Source: Paraspadella gotoi
Lineage: Eukaryota > Animalia > Chaetognatha
NCBI GenBank assembly: GCA_051294375.1
Contig: CM119271.1
Location: 17,013,799 to 17,077,798 of the forward strand
DNA: 64,000 bases
Reading direction: 5' to 3'
In this document: positions 1 to 13,836 of the stretch, in pieces
How the letters are laid out: the number at the start of each line of letters is the position of its first letter
Position numbering within the stretch: position 1 is the stretch's first letter
Position numbers and translations under genes: made by a program
The notes under the pieces: model-generated
The model's input: only the letters and a program-made list of their open reading frames with translations
Databases searched by the model: none
Told to the model about the DNA's origin: nothing

Positions 1-921
1 ATTAGTAGAAAAAACAAAGTTTTAATGATTTTTTTACAACGAATTTGCTTTTATATTATTCGTTTTAAAAAAATCATTAAAACTTTTTTTTTCTACTATC
101 AACTAACAACAAAAAAGAAAGGATTAATACATCATGTCTACCAACAAAATCTTTTTAAACTATAAGAAATAAATGATCTATGATAGTAAAAAGAAAAGTA
201 ATGCGGGTCGCAACACCTTTGGAATAACGCTTCCTTGTTTTTCAATTGAAGTGATATAATATTTTATGAACTGTTTTAATTGTATAAAGGTCGATAAAAG
301 TGTCCACAAGAATCATATCGGGTAAACTATAGTAATTCAAAAACTTACATAAATTTTATACAAAATTTGTTATAAAATAATTAAAATAAATAAATAAACT
401 ACTCGTTTATATCCTTGAATAGACCCTCGATAGCCACTGAATAGTATCGATTTAATTTAACAGAAAAAACCATTGGGGAAACAACTTGGAACCATCAGGG
501 GAGATCTTTCGTACATGACCGAGGTGGTTTTTTAATTTTTTGATGTATCACTGTAAAATAAAAAGTAACTGTATTTCATTTTTTAAAAAACAAACTATTT
601 TTCACAATCTGTGAACTGAGGATAATAAACGACGATTTTTTTGGCAAATTAAAAAAAAATAAATAAAAACTATTTTATTTTCTTCTTTTATTTTTTAAAA
701 CAAAAAACTTTATTTTTTTTCCTTTTTTTTAAACAGAATGCGAATGTGAGAATTGAGCGCGAATTCACGTCACGATTCACGAGGTTCACTCAAGAAATTT
801 CACCAACTTTTCTCTCACATTGAACTGTCGAAACTCTCTCTCTCTCTCTTTCCCATCTCTGTCTCTCTATCTCTCTCTCTCCCTCTATGCAACTTCTCCC
901 TTCCATCTCCTAGCTCTCTCT

Positions 922-988
<67 letters not shown>

Positions 989-1187
989 GTTTTCGTTGAC
1001 ACCACTCGGACTTTTTCTCCTAAATGCACTCACAATATGAAACCCACTCACTTTCAACGCCTCTCTCTCTTCTGTCTCTCTCCTCTCTCTCTCCCTATCT
1101 ATTCTCCTTTCCTCTCGTCCCCCCGGTCGGTGGCGACGGTTAGACGCCAAGCGATTCCAAAGGGAGAAAAAAAAGGAACAGAAGAAC
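1..1187 (+). repeat. ~1.2 kb direct duplication, copy 1 (copy 2 at 5129-6392)
   Basis: Colinear near-identical sequence starting attagtagaaaaaacaaagttttaatg at 1 and 5129 and ending aaaaggaacagaagaac. Differences are mostly 1-bp indels, so this may be a haplotype or assembly duplicate. Confidence 0.9.
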
Positions 1188-1199
1188 ATCGAGAGAGAG

Positions 1200-1241
<42 letters not shown>

Positions 1242-1291
1242 GAGAGAGAGAGAGAGAGAAAGAAAGGAAAGAAAGAAAGAAAGAAAGAAAG

Positions 1292-1361
<70 letters not shown>

Positions 1362-1713
1362 AACGAGAAGAATTTCCGATATTTTTTCCTTTTGAAATAT
1401 AGTAAGAGAGAAAGAGAGAGAGAGAGAGAGACAGAGAGAGAGAGAGAGCGCAGCAGGCAGCATCTTCAACCCCAAAAAAACATTGTTTTTTATGAGTCAA
1501 GGAAGCCACGTGTCCCCTCTCTCTCTCTCTCTCTCTCTTTTTCTCTCTCTCTCTCCCCAACAAAGAAAAGAAAAAGTAGACCTTTTCTAACCATTAAGGG
1601 TCATTCGCCGGGAGGGACTTCCCCATTCGTCGTTTGCTTTTGAACAAAAATCACGAACTAAAAAACATCTTGATGCTTTTTTTATTGTTGTTTATCCCGG
1701 GTTACTGAGGCGT

Positions 1714-1751
<38 letters not shown>

Positions 1752-1967
1752 TTTGATATACGTTTACCTTTCAAAACCATTTTTAATCATGAGCCCCTTT
1801 TTCCGTATCGTTTTCGTCATAAAATGATAAAACGTTCTTTTTTATGTCATCAATATCGTCAGACTTTGTCGAAAGATCGTTATTTCTGTCATCATCCGAG
1901 TCATCATCATCATCTTTGTCCTCGTTTTCAACCTTGTCGTCGTCTTCGTCATCATCGTCTTCATCAA

Positions 1968-2025
<58 letters not shown>

Positions 2026-2406
2026 TATTTTTGTGTCATCGTCGTTATCTTCATATTTTTCGTCGTTGTCGTCAGAACTCAGAAGTGTCGTCATCATCTG
2101 CTTTGTCCAAGTCGTCGTCATCATCATCTTTGCCATTGTCATCATCATCATCATCATCGTCATCATCATCATCGTCATCGTTTTCTCTCGCAAATTCTCT
2201 TTCATTTATTTTAGTTTCTTTTTTTTTCTTTTTTCTTTTCAATTTTGTTTTCGTTTTAGTAAAGGTTTTACTTTTTCTTCTCTCCTCGTTTCCCACCAAA
2301 ATTACTCCGCCAATATCTACGTTTTGCTATTTTTTTTGTTGTTGTTATCGTCGTCGTCGTCGTCGTTTTCTTCGTCGCTTTTGTTGTCGTCGTCGTCGTC
2401 GTCATC
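1714..2406. repeat. (GTC)n/(ATC)n trinucleotide microsatellite cluster
   Basis: Long gtc/tca runs that generate poly-D/S/R/T ORFs in several frames. Confidence 0.9.
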
Positions 2407-2849
2407 GGAACTATTTTACTTTTCCAATTGAGTGAAGAGAAAGAGGAAGAGAAAACAAATTGTTTGTTTGAACGAAGATACTTTTCTCTTTGTCGCGCAG
2501 TGAATTGATTGGTAATTCGCATCTCTAAAAGCGTTCTATTTCCTTCTATTAGATATATGATGTTTAAGTCTATATATATTGGGTAATCCTTTCTTTCGTT
2601 GTGTTAATTGATTTAGNNNNNNNNNNNNNNNNNNNNNNNNNNNNNNNNNNNNNNNNNNNNNNNNNNNNNNNNNNNNNNNNNNNNNNNNNNNNNNNNNNNN
2701 NNNNNNNNNNNNNNNNNNNNNNNNNNNNNNNNNNNNNNNNNNNNNNNNNNNNNNNNNNNNNNNNNNNNNNNNNNNNNNNNNNNNNNNNNNNNNNNNNNNN
2801 NTTCCCTTTCTTTTGCACACATTTTCTCTGTCAAATTAAATTAAACTTT

Positions 2850-2892
2850 AACGCTGATGAAAGCTCGAAAATAGAGCCGAAACATGTACGTT
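2850..2892 (+). ncRNA. Minimal type I hammerhead ribozyme motif, Penelope-like-element (PLE) type
   Basis: aacg-CTGATGA-a-agctc(gaaaata)gagcc-GAAA-catg-TA-cgtt. Stem I AACG/CGTT, conserved core, stem II GCTC/GAGC with an A-C mismatch at the base, palindromic ACATGT stem III, GUA cleavage triplet. Confidence 0.75.
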
Positions 2893-3865
2893 TCTTANNN
2901 NNNNNNNNNNNNNNNNNNNNNNNNNNNNNNNNNNNNNNNNNNNNNNNNNNNNNNNNNNNNNNNNNNNNNNNNNNNNNNNNNNNNNNNNNNNNNNNNNNNN
3001 NNNNNNNNNNNNNNNNNNNNNNNNNNNNNNNNNNNNNNNNNNNNNNNNNNNNNNNNNNNNNNNNNNNNNNNNNNNNNNNNNNNNNNNNNNNNNNATAATA
3101 TATATCACCAAAATCCAAATCACAATCGCTCACATTTCGTGAATCTTCAGTGAATGAAAAGTAGAAAGGCACCTGGAAGAAATAATTCACATAAAAAAAA
3201 GAAAATGGAAAATTAATTGGATTCGGGTGAACGAGTTGCGCGATCACGTGAAGAGAGCGTGAGGTGAGGCGAACCAAACGAAGCGAAGGAAAAAAGTCAC
3301 TCGTTTGAGTTGAAATCTTTGCTCGTTCACGTGAACACTTACACGAGATCATGTGAATTCGATTCTAAATCACGTGAATGCTATTCTAAATAACCTGAAT
3401 AAACTTTTAATTCACGCGAATTCATTCATCGTCAACGTGAAAACTAAACGAGGACATTTTAAACAAGATTCTCAATAAACATATCACAAGAACTACATAT
3501 CACAAGAATTACGTATCACAAGTACTCGCCGTCTTTCACATGAACACTTTTCTAAATCTCGTGAACGCACTGCTTTTTCACACGTGAACACCTTATAAAT
3601 CACGTGAACACCGTCACGTGACCGCATTCGATTTGCTTCGCTCAACCTCTTTTCTTCTTTTCTTTTTTTTTCTTCTTTTCTTTTTTTTTCTTCTTTTCTT
3701 TTTATTCTTTTTTTCTTTTTTTTCTTCTTTTGTTTTTTTTTTCTTCTTTTGTTTTTTTTTCTTCTTTTCTTTTTTTTCTTCTTTTCTTTTTTTTCTTTTT
3801 CAAATTTGAGTTCGTGAGAATTTTCTCAAAAATCTAGAACGGAGAGAAAGGGTAAAAAGTGATAA

Positions 3866-4070
3866 TGTGAAGGTGTTAAGATGCGAAAATGTGCGGGAAT
3901 GAGTAAGTGTGCGACCGAGTGAAGGTGTTAAGAAGTGAATGTGTGAGACCAAGTGAAGGTGTTAAGATGTGAATATGTGACCGAGTGAAGGTGTTAAGAT
4001 GTGAATGTGTTAGACCGAGTGAAGGAGTTAAGATGTGAATGTGTGTGACCTAGTGCTGGATGGGGTTAAG
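3866..4070 (+). repeat. ~30-bp minisatellite (gaccgagtgaaggtgttaagatgtgaatgtgt)
   Basis: About 6 diverged tandem copies visible. Confidence 0.85.
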
Positions 4071-4947
4071 GTAAGAACTCGTGCGGGATTGTTTAAGATG
4101 TCCAGCATGGAGTTCATCACGATGAAGTCCGGTCTGCGGACTGAGTTTTAAAACGCGGGTAAATGGGATAATGGGATAATAAGGGTAAATGGGATAATGG
4201 GATAATAAGGGTAAATGGGATAATAAGAGTAGAAAAGGTGATATGAGAGCAATAAAAACGGCGAAGTTCGGTTTAGAAAAAAATAGAGTGTGAACTAAAT
4301 TTCGAGTCAGTGTGAATTCATCGCGATAACGAAAAACAGGGAATTCACGAGGGAGTGACTTGGTGAGTGGGAGAGTGAGCGGCCGAGTGAGTGGAATTTA
4401 TGAAGGAGGAAAAACTAAATGAAGGATTCATGAGAAAATATAAGGAATGCGTAGGAAGGAGAGATTTGGTGAGATGGCAAAGGATGAGACGGACGTGAGA
4501 CGGATGTGAGATGGTAAAAAATATAAAGGAACAGAAATGGGGCACTCTCGGAAAAAAGAGCCCATGTAATGAGATGGCGTTTCATCGATGAAATGGCCAA
4601 AAAAAAATTCCCGAGATGGTAAAACTAGACGGCATCTAAAGAGAAAAAAAGTGAGATTGTAACCAGTCACCTTGGATCTCTCTCTTGGCTGCTGCGGGGG
4701 CAAGAGTCATCGACGCGAAAAGAATTCTGATCGACGCTTCATCGTCTGCTGCGGCTGCCGCTGCCTTCGCCGCCTCAGCCGCCGCCCCCACCCGCGCATG
4801 CCACTTTGCTTTTTTTTTCGCCCCCGTTCCATGTTCGGGCAATTTTCCATTCCATGTTTACGAGATTTCCCCTCGAAAATTCTGTGTCGAGTTGATTTTC
4901 TTATTCTAGAACCAATATAAAAGTTATATATTCATATAATAAAAAAG

Positions 4948-5122
4948 CAACTCTATAAGTCACTTTTCGGTCGGTCGGTCCGCCAGTCGGTCGGTCAGTC
5001 GGTATGTCTGTCCGTCAGTCGGTCCCACTTATGTTAAAAACGTTTATAACTTGCCTATAGTTTGTTGCTCATTTGTTAAAAATCAAATCTAAGCGACTAC
5101 TGGCACCGCCTTTTGTTTTTAA
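4948..5122 (+). mobile_element. Helentron/DINE-1-like non-autonomous element fragment
   Basis: gcaactctataagtcacttttcggtcggtcggt...(GTCG)n...aaatctaagcgact...ccttttgtttttaa. Homologous to 37441-37700 and, reversed, to ~51400-51460. Confidence 0.55.
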
Positions 5123-5128
5123 AGAAAT

Positions 5129-6392
5129 ATTAGTAGAAAAAACAAAGTTTTAATGATTTTTTTACAACGAATTTGTTTTTATTATTATTCGTTTTAAAAA
5201 ATCATTAAAACTTTTTTTTCTACTATCAAACTAACAACAAAAAAGAAAGGTTAATACATCATGTCTACCAACAAAATCTTTTAAACTATAAGAAATAAAT
5301 GATATGATAGGTAAAAAGAAAAGTAATGCGGCGCAACACCTTGGAATAACCGTTCCTTGTTTTTCAATGAAGTGATATAATATTTTTATGAACTGTTTTA
5401 ATTGTATAAAGGTCGATAAAAGTGTCCACAAGAATCATATCGGGTAAACTATAGTAATCAAAACTTACATAAAAATACAAAGGTTTGTTTTATAAAATAA
5501 TTAAAATAAATAATAAACTACTCGTTTATATCCTTGAATAGACCCTTCGATAGCTGAATAGTATCGATTTAATTAACAGAAAAAACCATTGGGGAAACAA
5601 CTTGGAACCATCAGGGGAGATCTTCGTACATGACCGAGAGTGGTTTTTTAATTTTTTGATGTATCACTGTAAAATAAAAAGTAACTGTATTTCATTTTTA
5701 AAAAAACAAACTATTTTTCACAATCTGTGAACGAGGATAATAAACGACGAATTTTTTTGGCAAATTAAAAAAAAATAAAATAAAAACTATTTTATTTCTT
5801 CTTTTATTTTTTAAAAACAAAAACTTTTATTTTTTTCCTTTTTTTTAACAAATGCGAATGTGAGAAATTGAGCGCGAATTCACGTCACGATTCACGAGGT
5901 TCACTCAAGAAATTTCACAACTTTTCTCTCACATTGAACGTCGAAACTCTCTCTCTCTCTCTTTCCATCTCTGTCTCTCTATCTCTCTCTCTCTCGCTCT
6001 ATGCAACTTCTCCCTTTCCATCTGCTAAGCTCTCTCTCTCTCTCTCTCNNNNNNNNNNNNNNNNNNNNNNNNNNNNNNNNNNNNNNNNNNNNNNNNNNNN
6101 NNNNNNNNNNNNNNNNNNNNNNNNNNNNNNNNNNNNNNNNNNNNNNNNNNNNNNNNNNNNNNNNNNNNNNNNNNNNNNNNNNNNNNNNNNNNNNNNNNNN
6201 NNNNNNNNNNNNCTCCTAAATGCACTCACAATATGAAACCCACTCACTTTTCAACGCTCTCTCTCTCTCTCTGTCTCTCTCCCTCTCTCTCTCCCTCTCT
6301 ATTTCTCCCTTTCCTCTCGTCCCGCCCGCGTCGGTGGCGACGGTTAGACGCCTAGCGGATTCCAAAGGGAGAAAAAAAAGGAACAGAAGAAC
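5129..6392 (+). repeat. ~1.2 kb direct duplication, copy 2
   Basis: Matches 1-1187 and contains an N gap at 6049-6212. Confidence 0.9.
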
Positions 6393-7174
6393 GCTGTCCT
6401 GCTTCTCTCCTCTCCCCCCTTATTGGGCTCTCGGGTTATTTTTCTTTATTCCCAGTCGGTCTCTCAAACGTCCTTCCTCCCTCTCGCTCTCCTAATCTTT
6501 TCTCTCTCTCTATTTTTCCCAACTTCCTCTCGTGATTTTTTTTTATCCTAAACAAGCATCCGTCGTTTTACTTTCACTCGACTTCTACTACGAAACGACG
6601 AGAGTGAAAGTCACCCGCCCAGGATTTTTTTAATCTAAGCGCTTTCCAGGCACGTTGTTTTTCGTGAATTCACCTTTTTTTCCGCTGTGAACTAAAAAAC
6701 AACATTTGTGTCGTCATTTTTTTTTTTAACTCAAGAAAATAATGTAATCGAATAAATATAATTTATTTTATGTTTTTATGGTTTTACTTCGTAAATGTTC
6801 TGCACTATATCGCTGCTTTTATAGAACTTATATAGTCTTTCATTCATGGTCTCATTTTTCGGAAATTTTGTATTGAGATAAAGACTTAAAAAGTTTTTAT
6901 TTAATATCACCAAGAATGCAACTCTTAACAAAATTAAACAGAAAAATTATTCAAAAATAGTATAGTAAATTTTAATTCAGTTTGATTGCAGTTTTACGCG
7001 CTTTTCACAATATGTGCTGTTTATAATTGATGTTTGATTCTATTGAGTCAACTAAAGAACGCGGACATTTTCTCTCTCTCGCTCTCTCTCTCTCCAGTCA
7101 TCGTCATCTCTTCTCATTGCACTTCTCTCTCTCTCTCTCTCTCTTCTCTTCTCTCTCTCTCGTTCGTCGTCTCT

Positions 7175-7209
<35 letters not shown>

Positions 7210-9110
7210 GCCCCTCAATGGGTGTTTTTTGTTGTCTCCCTTCCATCTGCCGACCCCGTTCTCTAAATTCAAATTCACATCTCCCAAATACGTAACAGCA
7301 TCAATTTTGCGAAATTACAGTTTTCCTCCTCTTTCATTCTCATTCATAATCTAAACCTCTTTTTCCTTTGGAACCACGAACCTTTTTTTTTTTCGGTTCC
7401 CATGGGGGAATCGGCCCCGACGGGTGACAACCTGGAACGAGGGGAAATGGATCGACCGCGAGAGGACGGAGAGGACCGACTTACGGACTGACGACATAAG
7501 AGACGATTGCTATCCGTCAGCGAGAAATCGTTTGTTGTCATGTTTGTCGTCATCCCAGTGCGGCCAAAAGTTGGACTGGACTGAAATTTTTTTTTTTTTT
7601 TTTATGATTTTTAATAAAGTAAGTTTTTTCCTTTCCTTTTATAAATGTCATAACTTTCGTAGGGCGCTTATTCTTTGCCAATGAAAATCAAGGTTATTAT
7701 GTCTTTTTTTTTTTAAATTTTAATTCTCCTGCGTGTAAAGGACGCATCGGCTTAGGAAAAACGAATCGAATTCAAATCAAATTAATATTAATCAAAACGC
7801 CATTTTTGTTTTTGCTTTTTAAGGAATTTGGACTTCGGTGTCAAACGGAAAGTAAACGTTTCGTCTACGGAATATGAACCCGCCCACTTACTGTGACACT
7901 CGTCGAGGTTGGAATCTAAGTAATTTTATAACAAACTGGAAACTAATTATTCACATACCGGGAAGAAAAAAACGAAAACTAATTTTCGTGCTCAAACTGT
8001 CGATCCTCGGGATAGCCTAAAAAAAAAAACAACAAAACACTTTCAACTTGTTCGACGATGAAGTTGTGAAACTGTGATAAAGACGCCCTCGCGTCCTGTG
8101 AACATTAATCGTCGTTATCGTCGTCGTCCGGCGCCGTCGTTTCCGAGAAGAGACGAGCGCGAAACGAACCCCGGTGAGAATGGGTTTCTTCGATGAAGGC
8201 GGGATAACTTTCCTGTGATTGTACATTGTCGATGGTGAAGATTCGTTATCTTCGCGATCAAGGTGTTGTTTTTTCCCGCCTAAAAAACAAAAATACATTT
8301 TGACGAGGAACGCGGGAAGCAAGAGAGAGAGAGAGTAGCGAGAAGGTTAAAAGAGGAGAGGGAGAGAGAGAGAGAAATTATAGAACATTCCCACGAATCT
8401 GCATTGACTGTCATCGAAGGCATCTTGAGGCATTTACTGATTTGGGAGAAGAGGGAAAAGAAAAAAGCCTGAAGAAAGACACACAGAGCACGATCCTTGA
8501 CGTTGACTCTCTCTCTCTCTCTCTTCTTCTCGTCTCTTTTCTCTCAATTCATCTCTCTACTCTCTCTCTCTATAGTATCTCTCTTCTCTCTCTCTTCTCT
8601 CCCCTCGCCATAGTCTTCTCTCACCATCGTACTCTCTCTCTCAGCTGACCTACAATTTTTCTCTTGAACTTTGGGACTTTTTGAGAGAAAGTACGAAACC
8701 ATAAATTAGAATAAAAACAATAAACATCCTCAAGAAAATTTTTTTTTTAACTTTCGGGGAAATTAAATAGACGATCAAGTTGAAGGCCGACGATGTTAGT
8801 GTTTTTTAAAAGTTTTTTTTAAAACAAGTTGTTAATTTATCGTCGTCGAATTTATTTTGTCTCCTTTTTAATGTCGGAAATTTAATTAGGTGTAGGAGAC
8901 GGGAAAAGGGAAGTAGTAAGAATCAGAATGCGAGAGAGTATGATTTGATTTATTTTTAGACCACCCATTTAAACAACCTCTTCCCCCCCTTCCTCCCTTC
9001 TTTCTCTTCCTCATTACTCCGACTCCAAATTTTATTTTGTCTTCTTTTCTTTCTCAAAACTATCCAAAACTTTTTCTTTTGTTTTTCCTCTCTCCTCTTT
9101 TCTCTCTCTT

Positions 9111-9168
<58 letters not shown>

Positions 9169-11190
9169 CTCTCTCTCTCTCTCTCTCTCCCTTCTCTCCA
9201 AAAGACGCGCCCTTCTGACTTCGCCGATTGTTCCGTGAGAACTTTTCCTCTATACATCTTCAAACGACAACAACAACAACAACAACTACAACGAAAAGAA
9301 CCATGCGGCGCTGGGCGTCCGTATCGACTACGAACGCCGTCCGCCGCGGAGACCGCGCCCGCAACACCTTCACTCTGGCGCCGCAAACACCGAACGCTCC
9401 TGGCGCCAGTCTTCAATTCTCCAAAACGCCTATCGCTCCTAGGGCGACCCGACCACTTCCGGATCGTTCGTCGTTTCGATCACCAGCGACTGCGGCTCTA
9501 CGGCCCGCGGCGTCGCGCGCTGTTTTTGGGAAGGGCGCCGGTTGAAGAGAGGCCGACGAGGAAGGGAAAGTGAAGATGAGAGCTAGATTGTGGCGACCGA
9601 AATTGGAAGAAGAAGGTAATTAGATGAGGAAAGCGGATTGGGCCGAAGGTAAGACTTGGGAATGGGTGAGGTTGAAAGAGAACTGAAATAGTTCGCTGGG
9701 AATAAAGAAGGAAAAAAATTTATATGATGATTTTGTATTATTAGACACTAATCTCATCGTTTAATTGATTTGGTCGGTAAATCGGTTGCTTGTTTGATTG
9801 ATGGTTTTATTACTCCTCATCAATATCAAATCACAACAGACATCAAGGAAAACAGTTCACGTCTACTTTCCCTCTCCCGATAAATTGTACATCAATCTTA
9901 AAAATCCCCACTGTGTCTGATCAATCACTTTGGGAAAGAAAAAAAAAAAAAACTGGGTAGAAATCAGAAGCTAGATTTGCCCGATCGTAAACCCTTTTTT
10001 TTTTATTTGTCCGATTTTAAGTATTTGTTTCGGGGAAAAGGATAAAAAGATAATGTTAACGCCCAGGCGTTGCCAGCTTTTTTTCCTCTGAGTTGCGAAC
10101 AATGGGGTATTGGGTGAAGGAATTGGGGCGGTGATTGAATAATGGGGAATGAGAATGGATATTGGGGTTTTGATAATATATCTCCTTTGAATCGGGAAAA
10201 TTGTTTTGAACTTAATTGATTAAAAATGACTTGTTTGTTTCATCCCGTCCTTTTTCTTGCCTATAATGTTAACTTACCAATTTTAAACAACACTCCCATA
10301 TCTTCCTCCCACCTTCCTCTCACTCTCCCCACCTCGCCTCACCCGTCGCCTCACCCATCAGTCTGCTGCACCATCAGCGTCTGGTCGGCGTTAGAGCTCT
10401 CCCATCCACAGACAACGACAAACCGACAACGACGACACCACCGGATTCGGATCGGGGCGAGGGTCTAATCTGGATCGAGATCAGCGCCTTTGGCCTCTCT
10501 CCACTCCAGCGAATACTTACGATCCGAGCGTCTTCCTCGGACTCTTCTCGGTCCAGCGGCCTTCGAGAAGGAATCCGTTGGTCAAGCGCCGCAGCTCTGC
10601 CGATTTTGGCCGCTGAGGGTTTATACCGATGATACAAATGCGGGGCTGGTTGGTGCGGGACACTGTGATACCGATTCGCTAATATTTTAGCGATAATATC
10701 CTGGGTAATGTTTAAAAAATGTCTTAAATAAAACTAACAAACGATACTAAGGCAACAAAGAAGGATACAGAAGAAAACATAAGAAGGGAAAAGATCAAAG
10801 TAAAAGTCGGTTTGGTTGTATCTCTTTGAATTTCGTTTCCTTTGCGGTGAAAGTTCCAACAAGACACACTGCGAGAACTCATTAAACCTCTCTCTCTCTC
10901 CTCTCTCTTCGTTCTTCTCTTCTCTCTCTCTTTCTGTCTCTCTCTTCTCTCTCTCTCTCGTCTCTCTCTCTCGTCTGCCATTGTCCGCGCGTTTCCGGAT
11001 GCTCTCCACCGCTTGTATACTCTCAAGGAAAAAACATTTTAATGTTTGTATCTTTTCTCTCTTCATCTCTCTCATCTCGTCCTCTCTGCTCTCTTCTCTC
11101 TCTCTCTCTCTCTCCTCTCGTCCTCCTCACTTTTTTTTTACACTCCTCTCTCCTCTCTATCTCTCNNNNNNNNNNNNNNNNNNNNNNNNN

Positions 11191-11325
11191 GAAATAGAGT
11201 AAGAGAGAGAGAGTGAGAGAGATAGAGAGAGAGAGAGACAGAGAGAGAGAGATACAGAGAGCAGCAGGCAGCATCTTCACCCCAAAAAACATTGTTTTTT
11301 ATGAGCAAGGAAGCCACGTGTCCCC
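11191..11325 (+). repeat. Short duplication of 1394-1517
   Basis: gcagcaggcagcatcttca..cccaaaaaacattgttttttatgag..caaggaagccacgtgtcccc occurs at both sites. This copy starts immediately after a 25-N gap. Confidence 0.8.
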
Positions 11326-11504
11326 GAGGCAAAGAATTTCAGGTCTGAATCTTTCCTCTCAAGCATTTCTAAGAAATATCTAATATCTGATGGAATCGTA
11401 GGAGTGGAAAAGAGTTTAAAACAGAAAACCAAAAGACACATTTATGTCAATTTTTAAAAGTTTCTTTCTATCTCTCTCTGATTGATTGATTGATTAATTG
11501 ATTG

Positions 11505-11690
11505 ATTGACCAAATAATGCCAATTGACCAAATTATGCCGGTTGACAAAAATTTTGCAGTTGAGCAAATTATTCCAGTTGACCAAATTATGCCAGTTGAC
11601 TAAATTATGTCAATTGACCAAATTATGCCAGTTGATTTACTTATGCAAGTTGATTAGATTATGAAAGTTGACCAAATTATGCAAGTTAGT
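11505..11690 (+). repeat. 19-bp minisatellite (ttgaccaaattatgccagt)
   Basis: About 9 tandem copies. Shares the aaattatgcaagttg core with the reverse complement of the 16-bp satellite at 29-31 kb. Confidence 0.85.
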
Positions 11691-12286
11691 ATTGGCGCAG
11701 CTACTGGTAATGATTGATAGATCAATTGATTTAAAGATTTTTTTGTAGATTTATTACGAAGTCTGTTATGATTTGTTATAATCACAAATTGAGAGTCAGA
11801 AAAATTATCATGATTTATCATCGGATTAGCTTATTGCCGCTTAATTATCGTAGGCAGATCCGACATTGTTTGCTCAAACTTGTTCACTTAATGAATTTTT
11901 ATATTTATTGTACAATTACAATTACAATTACCTCGATTATTTCAGAGTTACACAAAAGCTTTTGATCTACCAGGATTGTGCTCTTCATGTACTTAGTCTG
12001 AATTGATTGATAATTTTACCTTTTCAAAAGTAAATACTTTTTTTCCTTAGTTCCACTCTGTCTCCTGCTCCACCGCAGATCCTCTACTCCTGCAAATTCC
12101 ATGCTCCTCTAGATTCTTCACTTTTCACACAAAATCTCATTTAAGCCGTGAGTTTTTATCCAGAGGTAATCCACCTCGAATCAGGAGACTGAGACCGAAA
12201 GAAGGGAATGTCTCTCTCTCTCTCTCTCTCCCTCTCTCCTCTTTTTCTGTCACAGTACGAGTTTGAATTCCGTATTCCGTTCTCGG

Positions 12287-12322
<36 letters not shown>

Positions 12323-12419
12323 CCCTTCAATCGTGCACGGCGTAGAACAGTTTGAATATTTATTGCTTTTTCTCACTTTCTCTCTCCCTTTCCTTCGCTT
12401 TTTTTTCTCGACTTATTTC

Positions 12420-12474
<55 letters not shown>

Positions 12475-13182
12475 ACTGCGCCACGGGACGGCGGCAGTCT
12501 TCGGCATCCCTAGAGAGGGCGCGCCAAGGTTTCAACGTCAACCGAAAATCGTCCTTTAATTCCATAGCGACGTTGAATGATTTCCACACAAAAAAAAACA
12601 TTTTTGTTCAATTTGCAAAACTAGACCGTGAGAGAGTCTTGATTAAAATCTAGTGAGGTCCTCCTTTGAAGTTGGTACAACTAATATAAAATTATCCATT
12701 CATTTATTAAATAAGCTATCTTGCCCTTGACTTTGAATAGGCCATGGTGGTTTAAGGCTTCCATCACTCTTACAAGCTTTTAATCAAGACTGTCTCACAT
12801 TCTAGATTAGTCATTTCAAAGTCACTGGCTTCCATATTAATGAAATGGTATAATGTTTTAAAACTAGACAGTAAGAGTAATATTAAAATCTTGTATGATC
12901 CTGCTATGTTATTATCTTGCGTGAGGGATGAAGGAAAGAACCGATTATCAACATTTATAGAATGAATGAATAATTTAAGTGAAAATTAATGACAACAATC
13001 CTAACATCGCAGGAGTATCAAGCCACCAGAATCGAATCGAGATTGAGGCTACGGGCGAAATGGAATCATCCGAATCCTCGATGGGTCAGCACGAAACCGG
13101 AATTACATAGGACAACAGCTTGACATAGAGATCATTGAATTGTAAATTTCCACGTTTGCGATCCTCTTCCTAGATATAAATA

Positions 13183-13836
13183 TGTGGATTCGATCTCGAG
13201 ATATCTCATCCCGCAGAATACTCGTCATGCCGAGCAATGAAGATGGTCAACCCTCTCGGATAGTCTTGTATTTACTTTCTACCGAGAGAGCAGTTAAAGA
13301 CTCTTGTTAAACACAAATTTTGAAGGTTTTCCGATTCCCGATATTTTAAAAAACCCAAAATTTACTTTTTATTTTTTAAATATCTTTTGTTTCCCGAACA
13401 AATGCACCAAGTAGTTTCAGTTCATTCATTAACAATCAGCTGATTTAACTTGTTGTGTTTTTACCTAGCTTAAAATCTGATTTAGCAGAGTAACTATATA
13501 ATTAACAACCTACTTTGAATCTCTCCGGTTATCAATTTAATTAGTAGATCTTTTATTACTGGTTTTTGATTTATTTTAATTGGCTCTCCTAGTATAATTA
13601 ATTAAATAATTAACTCGGAATATACCGAGTTTACTCATAACAGGATATTCTACATTGCTTGAAGGAGAAAGACAGTTTGAAATATCTATAATGCTTTGAT
13701 ATTTCTGTATAAGGTTGCTTTTAATTGAAACTAACGCAAGCAAGTGGTTTAAATACTAACTCTTACACAAAGCATAAAAACAAATTGGTCCGAACTGCCA
13801 CGAGCGCTAACTTCAATATATTGGTGCCATCCAACA
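13183..13836 (+). repeat. 5' LTR of the Gypsy element
   Basis: tgtggattcgatctcgagatat ... gagcgctaacttcaatatattggtgccatccaaca; colinear with 20414-20984. Confidence 0.9.

Noticed and set aside
753-2522. Numerous ER/SL/poly-D/poly-S ORFs, including the acidic minus-strand ORF 1783-2205
   Set aside because: Translations of (GA)n and (GTC)n microsatellites. The acidic ORF cannot be fully excluded as an exon but has no independent support.
2536-3352. ORFs spanning N runs
   Set aside because: Artefacts of translating gaps.
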